Source of the DNA: Candidatus Sericytochromatia bacterium | Lineage (GTDB): Bacteria; Cyanobacteriota; Sericytochromatia; S15B-MN24; JAQBPE01 | Direction: 5' to 3' | Assembly (NCBI GenBank): GCA_040400605.1 | Contig: JBBAPZ010000037.1 | Span: 1-13,408, forward strand | DNA length: 13,408 nt | Shown here: positions 1-7,364 of the stretch, piece after piece | How positions within the stretch are numbered: the stretch's first letter is position 1 | How the letters are laid out: the number at the start of each line of letters is the position of its first letter | Translations under genes and position numbers: made by a program | The notes under the pieces: model-generated | The model's database searches: none | What the model saw: the letters and a program-made list of their open reading frames with translations, nothing else | What the model was told of the DNA's origin: nothing

Positions 1-25
1 TATAATCCGCGCTTTTTCGCGGGGT
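1..25 (+). repeat. Partial copy of the TGTTAGCGG transposon-end repeat, cut by the window edge
   Basis: AATCCGCGCTTTTTCGCGGG matches AATCCGCGCTCTTTCGCGGG in the copy starting at 8553 and the equivalent segment of the copy starting at 2084. Confidence 0.55.
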
Positions 26-87
26 CGCTGGTTAAGCAGTGTTAGAACTTTCTGCGAAGCGATCGCCCCGGAGACGTTGCAGGGGTT

Positions 88-146
88 GGCTCCTCTTGCT
101 CAATCAATTAACCGCTCAAGTGAGCTCTTTTAGTCTGTCACCAACA
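88..146 (-). mobile_element. IS21-like terminal sequence (family B end), no transposase
   Basis: Minus strand reads TGTTGGTGACAGACTAAAAGAGCTCACTTGAGCGGTT; about 60 bp closely similar to 7365-7424; TGT terminus followed by an AAAAG motif resembles IS21-family ends. Confidence 0.55.
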
Positions 147-166
147 TGCATCGGTGACCTCGAAAC

Positions 167-358
167 TCAGCCGTCCAACGGTTCTGTTTGTATTGTCACG
201 GTATGGTCGTATTCGTCGAAGTGCACGTGGAAAGTCATTGGGCGGCAGCAGACCTGGCAGTCTTCCTCGTAGCGTTGCTGCAGGCCTTGAGAGATGTCCA
301 CCTCTGTGACGCTCTCCTCGCCGCAAAATGCGCAAAAATACGTGCCGGTGGTATCCAT
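167..358 (-). CDS. CPXCG-motif-type cysteine-rich small protein (63 aa, probable zinc ribbon)
   Basis: MDTTGTYFCAFCGE...YEEDCQVCCRP matches the CxxCG...EDCxVCCRP pattern; AGGGAG lies just upstream of the ATG at 358; TGA stop at 167-169. Confidence 0.85.
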   Translation of the reverse strand: MDTTGTYFCAFCGEESVTEVDISQGLQQRYEEDCQVCCRPMTFHVHFDEYDHTVTIQTEPLDG

Positions 359-379
359 GCTCCCTGACCTTCGGCTCTC

Positions 380-412
380 AAAAAAGGAAGACGCCCACCG
401 ACGGACGGGGGC
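380..412 (-). terminator. Possible intrinsic terminator upstream of the CPXCG gene
   Basis: Minus strand GCCCCCG-TCCGT-CGGTGGGC imperfect GC stem followed by CTTCCTTTTTT. Confidence 0.35.
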
Positions 413-513
413 ACAAGGGTTGCTTACCCTCTGGGGCCTGGGCCTAACATCAGCCTCACCCGTATTTTGCGGAATCAGCAAATTGTTTCAGGCGCTTAGA
501 AATGGGTGCCGGT

Positions 514-685
514 TTTTAGCGGGGTGGTAATCTGCGATTTTTCGGGGGTAATAGATTGGGGGCGAAGGTTTAATAGCTGTTCTGTGGTTTGACAACCTAT
601 GCGGGATAAACTGCCTTGGTTTGCGCGGTCCGTTTCTCGGTTGATGTCCGTCTCCAGCCGACGCGGTTTTACATCCCCGCTAACA
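514..685 (+). mobile_element. MITE-like element, copy 1 (172 bp, IS21-like ends)
   Basis: Terminal inverted repeats T(t)TTAGCGGGG ... CCCCGCTAACA; collinear and closely similar over its full length to 4578-4750; no convincing coding capacity. Confidence 0.8.
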
Positions 686-834
686 CGCCGACCAGGCCGT
701 CCACGTCGGACCTCGATTTCAAGCTGTTGCTGGGAATTCTCTGAACTGGGCATTGTGGTGTCCTCCCTCCGTAGGGGTTCTTAAGGGGATTTATCACGAC
801 CGAAAGTGTCAACCTTCCGTAGGGAAACAGTATA
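686..834 (-). mobile_element. IS3-like left end and start of an HTH transposase orfA, truncated by the MITE
   Basis: Minus strand T(a)TACTGTTTCCCTACGGAAGGTTGACACTTT, then GGAGG and ATG at 753 giving MPSSENSQQQLEIEVRRGRPGR; homologous in inverted orientation to 7095-7215; homology stops at the MITE end at 685. Confidence 0.6.
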
Positions 835-911
835 GCTCCTGATCCGGCCTGTCCAAGCACTTTGGCAATGGCCTCAATTGTGCCTTGATCAAAAAGAGTG
901 TGTGCACTCAT
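835..911 (-). pseudogene. N-terminal fragment of a TIGR02391-like protein, cut by the IS3-like end
   Basis: MSAHTLFDQGTIEAIAKVLGQAGSG resembles TIGR02391-family N-termini; ATGA overlap with the yhcG stop at 908-911. Confidence 0.45.
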
Positions 912-1960
912 AAGTTAATCCCCTCAAGCAGGGCTGCAATCTCTTCCGGCTGGGGCAATTGCCCCCTTAATTCCTTGGGCAGAGTTTTGGTTATCTCGTA
1001 GGTTGCCACGCCTATGGGCTTTCGAGCATCGTGCAAGGCGTACTCGACGATGGTGCGACTCTTTTCCTTGCAGAGAATGATACCGATGGCGGGGTTCTCA
1101 TCGTCCTGCCGGACCTGCTGATCCAGCGCGGTCAGGTAAAACTGCATCTTTCCGACGAACTCCGGCCTGAATTTCCCTATTTTCAACTCAATGGCCACTA
1201 GGCAGCGCAGCCGGCGGTGAAACAGCAAAAGGTCGATAAAGAATTCTTCGCCGTCGACTTCTAGCCGATATTGACTCCCCATAAAAGCGAACATACCCCC
1301 CATGGCCCGGAGGAAATCTTCGATCCGGGCGACCAGCGCCCGTTCCAGGTTTCGTTCACTGTGCGCCTCGCCCAGTTCCAAAAAATCGAAGGTGTATTGG
1401 TCTTTCACCGCCAGCTTAGCCTGGGTGCGAAGTTCCGGTGTGAGCGCCCGGTCGAAATTACTCTGCCCCAGCAAGGATTTTTCATAACTCTAGTTGTCGA
1501 TCTGATGAATCAGCACGTTCTTGGACCAGCCGAACTTGCGGGTCATGCACAGATAGAACTCCCGCTCCATCGGGTCCTTGCATCGCTCCAAGATGGCCAG
1601 GTTGTGACTCCAACCGATTTCTCGCACAAGCGGTGCGAGTTTTTCGAGGCCGGTGTACGCCTCGAAAAAGGCTTTCATACGCCAGAGGTTGGAGGCTGAA
1701 AAGCCGCCCACACCAGGAAACTCCGTCCGAAGATCGGCAGCGAGCTGCTCCACCACCGCCTTGCCCCAGCCTTCAACATCCTGCCGCTCCACGATCATCC
1801 GGCCGATATCCCAGTACAGGCCGACTAACTCCTTATTGACCGCCTTGAGCGCTTCGTATTGGGCGGAGCGGATGCGCTGCCTCACCTCGGCGAGGAGGTG
1901 CGCGTAGTCCGGGCTGGATTTCGTTTTGTTCGGTTCGATCAGTCCCTTCTTCGCTTTCAC
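908..1960 (-). pseudogene. yhcG: YhcG/DUF1016 PD-(D/E)XK nuclease with one in-frame amber stop at 1490-1492
   Basis: N-terminal motifs AVNKELVGLYWDIG, GFSASNLWRM and WSHN; C-terminal motifs KDQYTFDFL, FFIDLLLFHRRLRCLVAIELK and GKMQFYL; both halves share one frame (IDN*SYEKSLLGQSNF); probable GTG start at 1960. Confidence 0.9.
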
Positions 1961-2083
1961 GATCGTCGCCCTTGTACACCGGAGGCCCCGACCAATTTTC
2001 CGATGTCTGGGAATTGGTCTGGAATCATTTTCGTACCGCCATTGCTTGTAATCCAGTAGGGCTTCAGATTTGATTGGCCTTCG

Positions 2084-2327
2084 TGTTAGCGGTGAAGTAA
2101 ATACGCACTTTTTCGCGGGTAACGAATTGGATGCGAAGATTTTAACTGCTGTGCTATGGGGCGACTTGGCAGTGATGGGTAATTGTAACGACGGGTAGTG
2201 ACCGTCATGGAATCGATCGAGCGCGGCATCCCATTTTCGCAATCCCCAATGATGATTTCAAGCCCACCGCGCGACTGTACTTGCAACAAACGGGAGCGCC
2301 ACCTTGCCTCATCCCTTCAGGTCACAA
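2084..2327 (+). repeat. Long variant of the TGTTAGCGG transposon-end repeat, copy A
   Basis: Starts TGTTAGCGGTGAAGTAAAT; about 245 bp collinear with 10295-10538 and, over about 200 bp, with 8553-8755. Confidence 0.85.
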
Positions 2328-2346
2328 GCAACTTATGCATCACTGT

Positions 2347-2547
2347 TTAGTGGCGGTCGGCGTAATCTTTCGCATCAACCTCTCGCCCGCTAAGGGAGAC
2401 GATTTTAACACTGGCCACGGCGATTGGTTTTTTGCGCCCTTTAACGTTGTAGTGTTGCCCATCTGCGCTGAGGGTGACTTTGTTTTCCGGATTTTTTCTG
2501 TTACCTGTGAGGGGGTTTTTAGGCTCGAAAAACTTTCCAAGAGACAC
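2347..2547 (-). CDS. Hypothetical small basic protein (66 aa)
   Basis: Strong SD (GAAGGGGGA) about 5 nt before the GTG start; protein-like composition; no recognisable family. Confidence 0.5.
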   Translation of the reverse strand: MSLGKFFEPKNPLTGNRKNPENKVTLSADGQHYNVKGRKKPIAVASVKIVSLSGREVDAKDYADRH

Positions 2548-2619
2548 GTTATTCCCCCTTCATGCTTGCCTAGTGGCCTTCGTCAAGCAAGACCTTCATA
2601 CTCATATTATACCCGAGCC

Positions 2620-2660
2620 TGTTTGTGATAGATTAAAAGTGGCTCTCCTACACTTTTGAT
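2620..2660 (+). mobile_element. IS21-like terminal sequence (family B, opposite orientation)
   Basis: TGTTTGTGATAGATTAAAAGTGGC resembles TGTTTGTGACAGACTAAAAGAGGC read inward from 7424 on the minus strand. Confidence 0.55.
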
Positions 2661-2669
2661 GAATAGGGC

Positions 2670-2790
2670 CCAGCACCATCAAATCGCGGGCAAACCAAAA
2701 TTCAATGCCCTCATCGGGAATGGTCTGGCTGAGGGCTTCAAACATGGATTGTAATTTTTGCACGGTTTCTGATTTCATCAGCTTTGCCAT
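2670..2790 (-). pseudogene. dinD: N-terminal fragment of DNA damage-inducible protein D (DinD / BRO-like)
   Basis: MKSETVQKLQSMFEALSQTIPDEGIEFWFARDL contains the E(F/Y)WxARDL motif; the frame then runs into the IS end at 2620-2660. Confidence 0.7.
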
Positions 2791-3056
2791 CCCTCAATCA
2801 TTTTACAAACAGCGCGCAACAGGAGATAGCAAGCATACCACCACGACCCAGCTCGAAACCGTTGTGTCAGACTTATCACGATGTCATGCCAGGGTTTAAG
2901 GTCGCAGTACCCCGTCGTGAAATCTTGAGAAAAAGGTTTCATCGTGTTCTGGTGAGAGGAGAACACCGTGAGGCAATACGGTGGCAATTTTAATTGACGT
3001 CAGACATCCTGCCAATAAAAGGCGAGTCTGTGAATCCTCTGAGGAATCTTCCCGTA

Positions 3057-3959
3057 TCATCTGATCCACTCCCACCGCCCTGGGTCCCAGTTGACAAGAG
3101 GGTCATTTGCCAAAATCGGGTTCAGAAAGGCTTTCGCCGCAGATGTAGCGGCCGAGAGGGTGATCCATGGCAGTTGGTCTGCTCGGGCCATTGCCTCATA
3201 TGGTTTTTGCCAGGCGGCGTCCGGCTCGGGAAATGAGGCTGGGACGGCGTGGGTGTTCCGGAACGAGAACGTTCTATTGATTGCCAAGCGCAAATTCATG
3301 CCGTCGAGAGGACCAGCGCTCGCTAGAAGCGCGATGTCCGGCAGGTCTTTTACTCGAGAATTCGGACGGGATCGTGGCACGGTGTAGGCGTGAAGCTTCT
3401 CCGCGACGTGGGTCTCTACCGGATAAACGCGGATCCTGGGTGGCTCGATCCCGGCGAAGCCCAGAATATCATCAGCTTGTAGGACTTGCGGCTCGCCGAC
3501 GATGGGATCGCCAATTCCGATGTCGACCCCGAAGGGATGGCCATAGGGTTTGCCGGCGAGCCGGCAAACAGCCCTAAACCGCTGCCCGTCGTAGGGCACT
3601 CCTTCGTTCTGGATTGCCGGGTGATCGGGATCTGGCACGACCTCGAAGGTCAGAAAGTCCCTTAAGTCGAGCCGTGCCGCCGTTTGAAGGCTGGCAAGAA
3701 TGCCACCGGGCTGTCCTGTGAATCTGAGGTCGATATCTTTTGTGGTTCGAGCCCGACCAAGGCGAATCTCGAGCACGAGGCCGCCCTTGAGGATAACCGA
3801 GTCTTCGAGGACGGCGATCGCTCGAGCGAGAAAGCGATCGAAGACCAGAAGTTGCCGCCTGCGTGTGAGTTCCAGTCCATTACCGCCGGCAAGGTTTCGA
3901 AGCCTCTGCTCGACGGCTTGCTTGAAGGCCTCTCCGGAGGCATAGGTTCTTTCAGTCAT
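3057..3959 (-). CDS. abiEii: AbiEii/AbiGii-family nucleotidyltransferase toxin (type IV TA)
   Basis: ILKGG...RTTKDIDL, AEKLHA and SRVKDLPD motifs; ATGA overlap with the upstream antitoxin. Confidence 0.92.
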   Translation of the reverse strand: MTERTYASGEAFKQAVEQRLRNLAGGNGLELTRRRQLLVFDRFLARAIAVLEDSVILKGGLVLEIRLGRARTTKDIDLRFTGQPGGILASLQTAARLDLRDFLTFEVVPDPDHPAIQNEGVPYDGQRFRAVCRLAGKPYGHPFGVDIGIGDPIVGEPQVLQADDILGFAGIEPPRIRVYPVETHVAEKLHAYTVPRSRPNSRVKDLPDIALLASAGPLDGMNLRLAINRTFSFRNTHAVPASFPEPDAAWQKPYEAMARADQLPWITLSAATSAAKAFLNPILANDPLVNWDPGRWEWIR

Positions 3960-4537
3960 TCGAGCCCTCCGAAGGGTTTCAAGGCCGCTTCCACCCCTTG
4001 CAGCTCAGGCCTCGTAACGAGACCGCGCTTTATCGCCTGCACGGCTCCCTGACGGAGAAGCTCTGGGGACAGCCCTTCACAAGCACAATCCTCGAGCGTT
4101 CGCCGTACTGAGGTGATCGGAATAGCACCGTTCCACTGCCGGTCCTGAGGGGAAATGTCCGCGTGATGAAGGACCACGCCTCTCGGGACGCGGAATCGGC
4201 GGTGGCGCCAAGCCTCGGGTAGGGTGAGGTGGATCCGGGCGGGCAGCAGATCTGAGAGGCCGTGAAGCAAGAGTGCCGTTTCGTGGGACGCAACGCCGGC
4301 TTGCTCGGACCACAGCCAGGCAGCTACGAGATCTTCGTGTTCTCCAGCTGGAAAGTGCACCAGCCGGTAGATTCCACGGCACACCCGGACGAGACGTCCA
4401 TTTTGGACATGATGAATGAGAAGCTGAGCGGAATAGCCAGCCGCCCGGGCCTGCTGTGTGGTGAACATTCCTTCTTGGCCGGCCGCGATCTCATAGAGCT
4501 GATTCCAGGTTGGTCTGTTCGATAACGATTTTTTCAT
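3956..4537 (-). CDS. abiEi: AbiEi-family antitoxin (type IV TA)
   Basis: QEGMFTTQQARAAG, RGIYRL, SHETALLLHGLSD and PITSVRRTLED motifs; start placed at ATG 4537 from promoter geometry (alternative ATG at 4555). Confidence 0.9.
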   Translation of the reverse strand: MKKSLSNRPTWNQLYEIAAGQEGMFTTQQARAAGYSAQLLIHHVQNGRLVRVCRGIYRLVHFPAGEHEDLVAAWLWSEQAGVASHETALLLHGLSDLLPARIHLTLPEAWRHRRFRVPRGVVLHHADISPQDRQWNGAIPITSVRRTLEDCACEGLSPELLRQGAVQAIKRGLVTRPELQGVEAALKPFGGLE

Positions 4538-4572
4538 GCACAAAACGTAAGCCATGTTTTAGTTTTGTGCAA
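4537..4572 (-). promoter_or_regulatory. abiE promoter with overlapping inverted-repeat operator
   Basis: Minus strand TTGCAC-17 nt-TACGTT-6 nt-ATG; perfect 10-bp inverted repeat TGCACAAAAC (4537-4546) / GTTTTGTGCA (4562-4571). Confidence 0.7.
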
Positions 4573-4577
4573 GCGCC

Positions 4578-4750
4578 TGCTAGCGGGGGTGGCAATCTGC
4601 GATTTTGGGGGTAACAAATTGGGTGTGAAGATTTAATAGCTGTTCTGTGGTTTGACAATCGATGCGGGATTAACTGCCTTGGTTTTTGCGCGGTCCGTTT
4701 CTCGGTTGATGTCCGCCTCCAGTCGACGCGATTTTATATCCCCGCTAACA
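4578..4750 (+). mobile_element. MITE-like element, copy 2 (173 bp)
   Basis: TG(c)TAGCGGGG ... CCCCGCTAACA; full-length homologue of 514-685. Confidence 0.8.
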
Positions 4751-4751
4751 T

Positions 4752-4916
4752 CCCTTCGAGATGATCGGGACGCACCGCCGGGTGGCCTTCCGCGCCTTGC
4801 TGACCTACCGAGAGCAGCGGAGGCAAAAACGGGAGCGTGGCTTGCAGGAACTCGCAGCGCTCGATCAGCTACAGAAGGGCGACCCCGAGGAGCCCGTTAG
4901 ACGCACCGTCAGCTAA
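4752..4916 (+). pseudogene. C-terminal fragment of an excisionase-type HTH_17 DNA-binding protein (VapB45-like antitoxin)
   Basis: Manual translation PFEMIGTHRRVAFRALLTYREQRRQKRERGLQELAALDQ contains the PFxxxGTHRRV motif; begins at the MITE end; not in the ORF track. Confidence 0.7.
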
Positions 4917-5148
4917 GTTATGGCCACTTTCTCCAACGCAACTGGCCTGACCGAAAGGCCGCTCCGGGGTTGTGCGGCAGTTGACTCGCCGTTTCAAACA
5001 CAGCCGCGGAGGTAAATCGGGTATACTCAGGTAACGCAGCCGTGATGTGCACGATTATTGTCAAAATGATGCGGATTGGTAACACCATCAATCAAGCGGG
5101 ATCTTTCTATCGGGTACAATGGAGAAGTGACCTGATACGGGGGTAACG

Positions 5149-5376
5149 ATAGAACTGAGTGAAGAAGCAATCCAGCACCTGGAGGCACACACGCCGGAGC
5201 TCTTTGCCGCAGCGGTGACGCAAGCTTATTGGGCGGCATTGACGGCGGGACACACGGTCGTTCAGCGTGAGGGCGATGCGCTGGTAGAAGTCTCGCCGGA
5301 CGGGACGCGACGGGTACTGCGACCGCTTGCACCTTGGACGCCAGTCGGGCCAAACGTGCATCGCAAGCTGTTGTGA
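5149..5376 (+). pseudogene. Small protein typically encoded upstream of zeta-toxin-like ATPases; start codon reads ATA
   Basis: Manual translation (I)ELSEEAIQHLEAHTPELFAAAVTQAYWAALTAGHTVVQREGDALVEVSPDGTRRVLRPL; GGGGG upstream; TGATG coupling to the next gene. Confidence 0.6.
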
Positions 5377-5513
5377 TGACCACCCCCCGCCTTCGGATCT
5401 TTGCAGGGCCTAATGGGTCTGGTAAAAGCACCATGAAAGCCTTGCTACGACCAGCGCTTTTGGGTGTGTATGTTAACCCTGATGACATCGAACGAGAAAT
5501 TCGGGCTTCCGGC
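5376..5513 (+). pseudogene. N-terminal fragment of a zeta-toxin-like / COG4185 P-loop ATPase
   Basis: MTTPRLRIFAGPNGSGKST Walker A and YVNPDDIE motif; similarity is lost after about 46 aa. Confidence 0.8.
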
Positions 5514-5689
5514 TGCAACAGACGTCGCAAATCAGCCTCCGCAATATCTTTCAGCAACTGGCCGGTGGCAAAATTGAAGAATGGCGAGGCGAACTGACTT
5601 ACTCCCTCGAAATCAAGAATGGTCGTTTCACCGTTTCGAAGCGCCCCGTGAATCGCATCATATATCTTTTGGCCATCTTTTTTGATGAT

Positions 5690-5924
5690 GCAGCGCGGCC
5701 CGATGCCGTCACGTTTCGTCCACTTATGACAGGCTTTCCAAGTACGGCCGCATCACCTGACCTACACGGCACAACCTGGCATAGTGCCACAGTTCGTCCA
5801 TACTCACGCGCTTGCTGCGCCAAGCCTCTCGCAACGCTTCCATCGCCACATCAAGGCCGATTTTGTTGCGAAACTTGAAACAATCTGCCACAGTGTGAGC
5901 GACGTTTGTGACACGCACGGGCAC
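5690..5924 (-). pseudogene. Remnant of a second type IV AbiE pair: AbiEi C-terminus (5724-5924) and the first codons of AbiEii
   Basis: TVADCFKFRNKIGLDVAMEALREAW...LCRVGQVMRPYLESL is typical of AbiEi C-termini; overlapping (ATA)SGRNVTAS resembles AbiEii starts of the MSxRNVAASV type. Confidence 0.75.
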
Positions 5925-5933
5925 TGTACTGTT

Positions 5934-6056
5934 TCACCATACGCCTACATCGTGGCGGCTATTGAATATGCACTCGCCAACAAGGGGGCAATCCTGTTGC
6001 CGGAGGAATTCAAAAGACAGCTTGATGCTGTTCGGGAGCCACCCGTCACCGCCTGA
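5934..6056 (+). pseudogene. Possible C-terminal fragment of an IS66-like transposase
   Basis: SPYAYIVAAIEYALANKGAILLPEEF loosely resembles the PxAYL...LLP C-terminus of IS66 TnpC; ACGGGATGGGCCAGTACGTAC near 6176-6196 loosely resembles an IS66 end. Confidence 0.3.
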
Positions 6057-6082
6057 GGCTTAGCTGGTCCTGATTTGAAGCT

Positions 6083-6114
6083 TATCCCACACTGATGCAA
6101 ATCAGTGGGGGATA
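6083..6114. terminator. Hairpin between convergent frames
   Basis: TATCCCACACTGAT-GCAA-ATCAGTGGGGGATA: 14-bp stem with one mismatch and a GNRA loop; no clear U-tract. Confidence 0.45.
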
Positions 6115-6250
6115 TCGCAGTGTCTGGTAATACGTACCAGCGCGACTTTGTACGAAATCACGTCTCGGTGGAACCACGGGATGGGCCAGTACGTACCTTT
6201 CAGGTTTAACCGGTTATCATGCTAGGCGTTTCTGTATCGTGTGTGCGGCG

Positions 6251-6616
6251 CTACGGCGAGGTCAGTGCTCTAAGCGCAGCGAGAATTGGTGCATATTCTG
6301 ACTCAGTCAGGCGGCCGAGATATGCCTCGACACGAGCGACATCGGTGACCTGTATGTGATCAACCAGAGCAATGGAATCGACCATCAGACCGGCTGTTCC
6401 CGCAGCCAGGATCGGATAGAGCGTGGCATTGATTGATTGCCAAGATTGTTGTCGGTGAGTGGTTAATGGCACAACCACAACCACCGAAAAACGACATGGA
6501 CCTGTGATCGAAGGGTCAGCAACGACAATGCAGGGGCGCATCCCGTGCTGCTCACGACCTGCTGGAAGCCGTGACGGCAAGCGAACGCTGATGATCTGAC
6601 CGAGCGCGCCTCTCAT
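6251..6616 (-). CDS. mazF: PemK/MazF-family endoribonuclease toxin (121 aa)
   Basis: GREQHGMRPCIVV, VVVPLTT, GLMVDSIALVDHIQ and YLGRL motifs; start ATG at 6616 overlaps the upstream stop (ATGA). Confidence 0.9.
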   Translation of the reverse strand: MRGALGQIISVRLPSRLPAGREQHGMRPCIVVADPSITGPCRFSVVVVVPLTTHRQQSWQSINATLYPILAAGTAGLMVDSIALVDHIQVTDVARVEAYLGRLTESEYAPILAALRALTSP

Positions 6617-6912
6617 GAAACCGGTACAAAGCCCATACCAGGCACAAATTGGCAATGCTTGGCGTTTTGTTCGAGTGCCGCAACCCAAGCCGCCAGGTCT
6701 TCTGGCGATACATCGGCTTCTATGGCGGCAAGCCGCTCACTGAGCGTTGTAGCACCTTCATCAAGCCAGATTGCGCTGTCTGCATCCGATACGTATTCTT
6801 TTTGCTCTGAATGATGTCGGGCCAACAGCGCAATCAAAAGCACGCGCGCTTCGTCGGTCCGCCCTTCAGGAAGCATGTCGATCAGCTGGTGGAGTTCCTG
6901 CTTCAAGCTCAT
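6613..6912 (-). CDS. Putative antitoxin for MazF, atypical (99 aa, acidic)
   Basis: Translationally coupled upstream of mazF; begins MSLKQELHQLIDMLPE and ends FVPGMGFV; no AbrB or RHH signature recognised. Confidence 0.75.
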   Translation of the reverse strand: MSLKQELHQLIDMLPEGRTDEARVLLIALLARHHSEQKEYVSDADSAIWLDEGATTLSERLAAIEADVSPEDLAAWVAALEQNAKHCQFVPGMGFVPVS

Positions 6913-7047
6913 CTTCCAGAACCCCCTGTCAACTTGCCGTCGTTGAATTTTCAGGTTTGGGTTTCACGATCTGCATTGATCTGGCACCTGCGTCATGCGG
7001 CGGCCTGAGACCGATTGGATATCGCGCAAAAATTATGATAACAAAAC

Positions 7048-7094
7048 TGTGTATTCCGGTCAAACTGATCACTCATTCTGGCGAAACGGATCAC
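7048..7094 (+). mobile_element. IS21-family (IS408/IS1162-like) terminal sequence
   Basis: TGTGTATTCCGGTCAAACTGATCACTCATTCTGGCGAAACGGATCAC: TG terminus with the tandem ATTCYGG-N-AAAC-GATCAC motif typical of these ends. Confidence 0.65.
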
Positions 7095-7364
7095 TGTACT
7101 GTTTCGATAAATCCCCTTCAGAACCCTTACGAAGGAGGACACCACAATGCCCAGTTCAGAGGACCCTCAACAGCGACTTGAAATCGAGGTTCAACGTGGA
7201 CGTCCTGGCCGGCGCACGGCTGATGAACGACAGGCGGCTGTTTTGGATACCAAGGTCGGCGGCGCTCCTGCAATCAACTTTGTCATCCGTCGCTCGCGCT
7301 GAGTGGCACCCACCTTGCCCAATTTCCATCGTGGGGTCTGTCCAGACAAACAGGAAACACTACA
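7095..7364 (+). mobile_element. Internally deleted IS3-like element (270 bp)
   Basis: Left end TGTACTGTTTC and right end GAAACACTACA (TGTAGTGTTTCC on the minus strand); GGAGG and ATG at 7147 give MPSSEDPQQRLEIEVQRGRPGRRTADERQAAVL; homologous to 686-834. Confidence 0.65.

Noticed and set aside
25..50. GGTTAAGCAGTGTTAGAAC resembling an attC right half
   Set aside because: No matching left half is visible and it occurs once, so it cannot be supported.
400..480. SRP RNA, M-box or c-di-AMP riboswitch
   Set aside because: Only short partial word matches (CAGG...AGCA, GGTGAGGCT); the required architecture is absent.
589..620. Promoter inside the MITE (TTGACA conserved in both copies)
   Set aside because: The nearest -10-like hexamer is only about 12-13 nt away; none lies at 16-18 nt.
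1490..1492. Genome-wide TAG recoding as the cause of the yhcG amber codon
   Set aside because: mazF (6251) and the XRE gene (8548) end at TAG at plausible lengths, so TAG acts as a stop.
1961..2242. N-terminal extension of the 250-aa ORF 1490..2242
   Set aside because: It runs through repeat DNA; YhcG similarity begins only downstream of the GTG at 1960.
2784..2993. Possible IS200/REP-transposase fragment (HRVLVRGEHREAI)
   Set aside because: The resemblance is too short and weak to call.
5027..5557. 176-aa minus-strand ORF
   Set aside because: Antisense to the recognisable zeta-toxin pair remnant and low in complexity.
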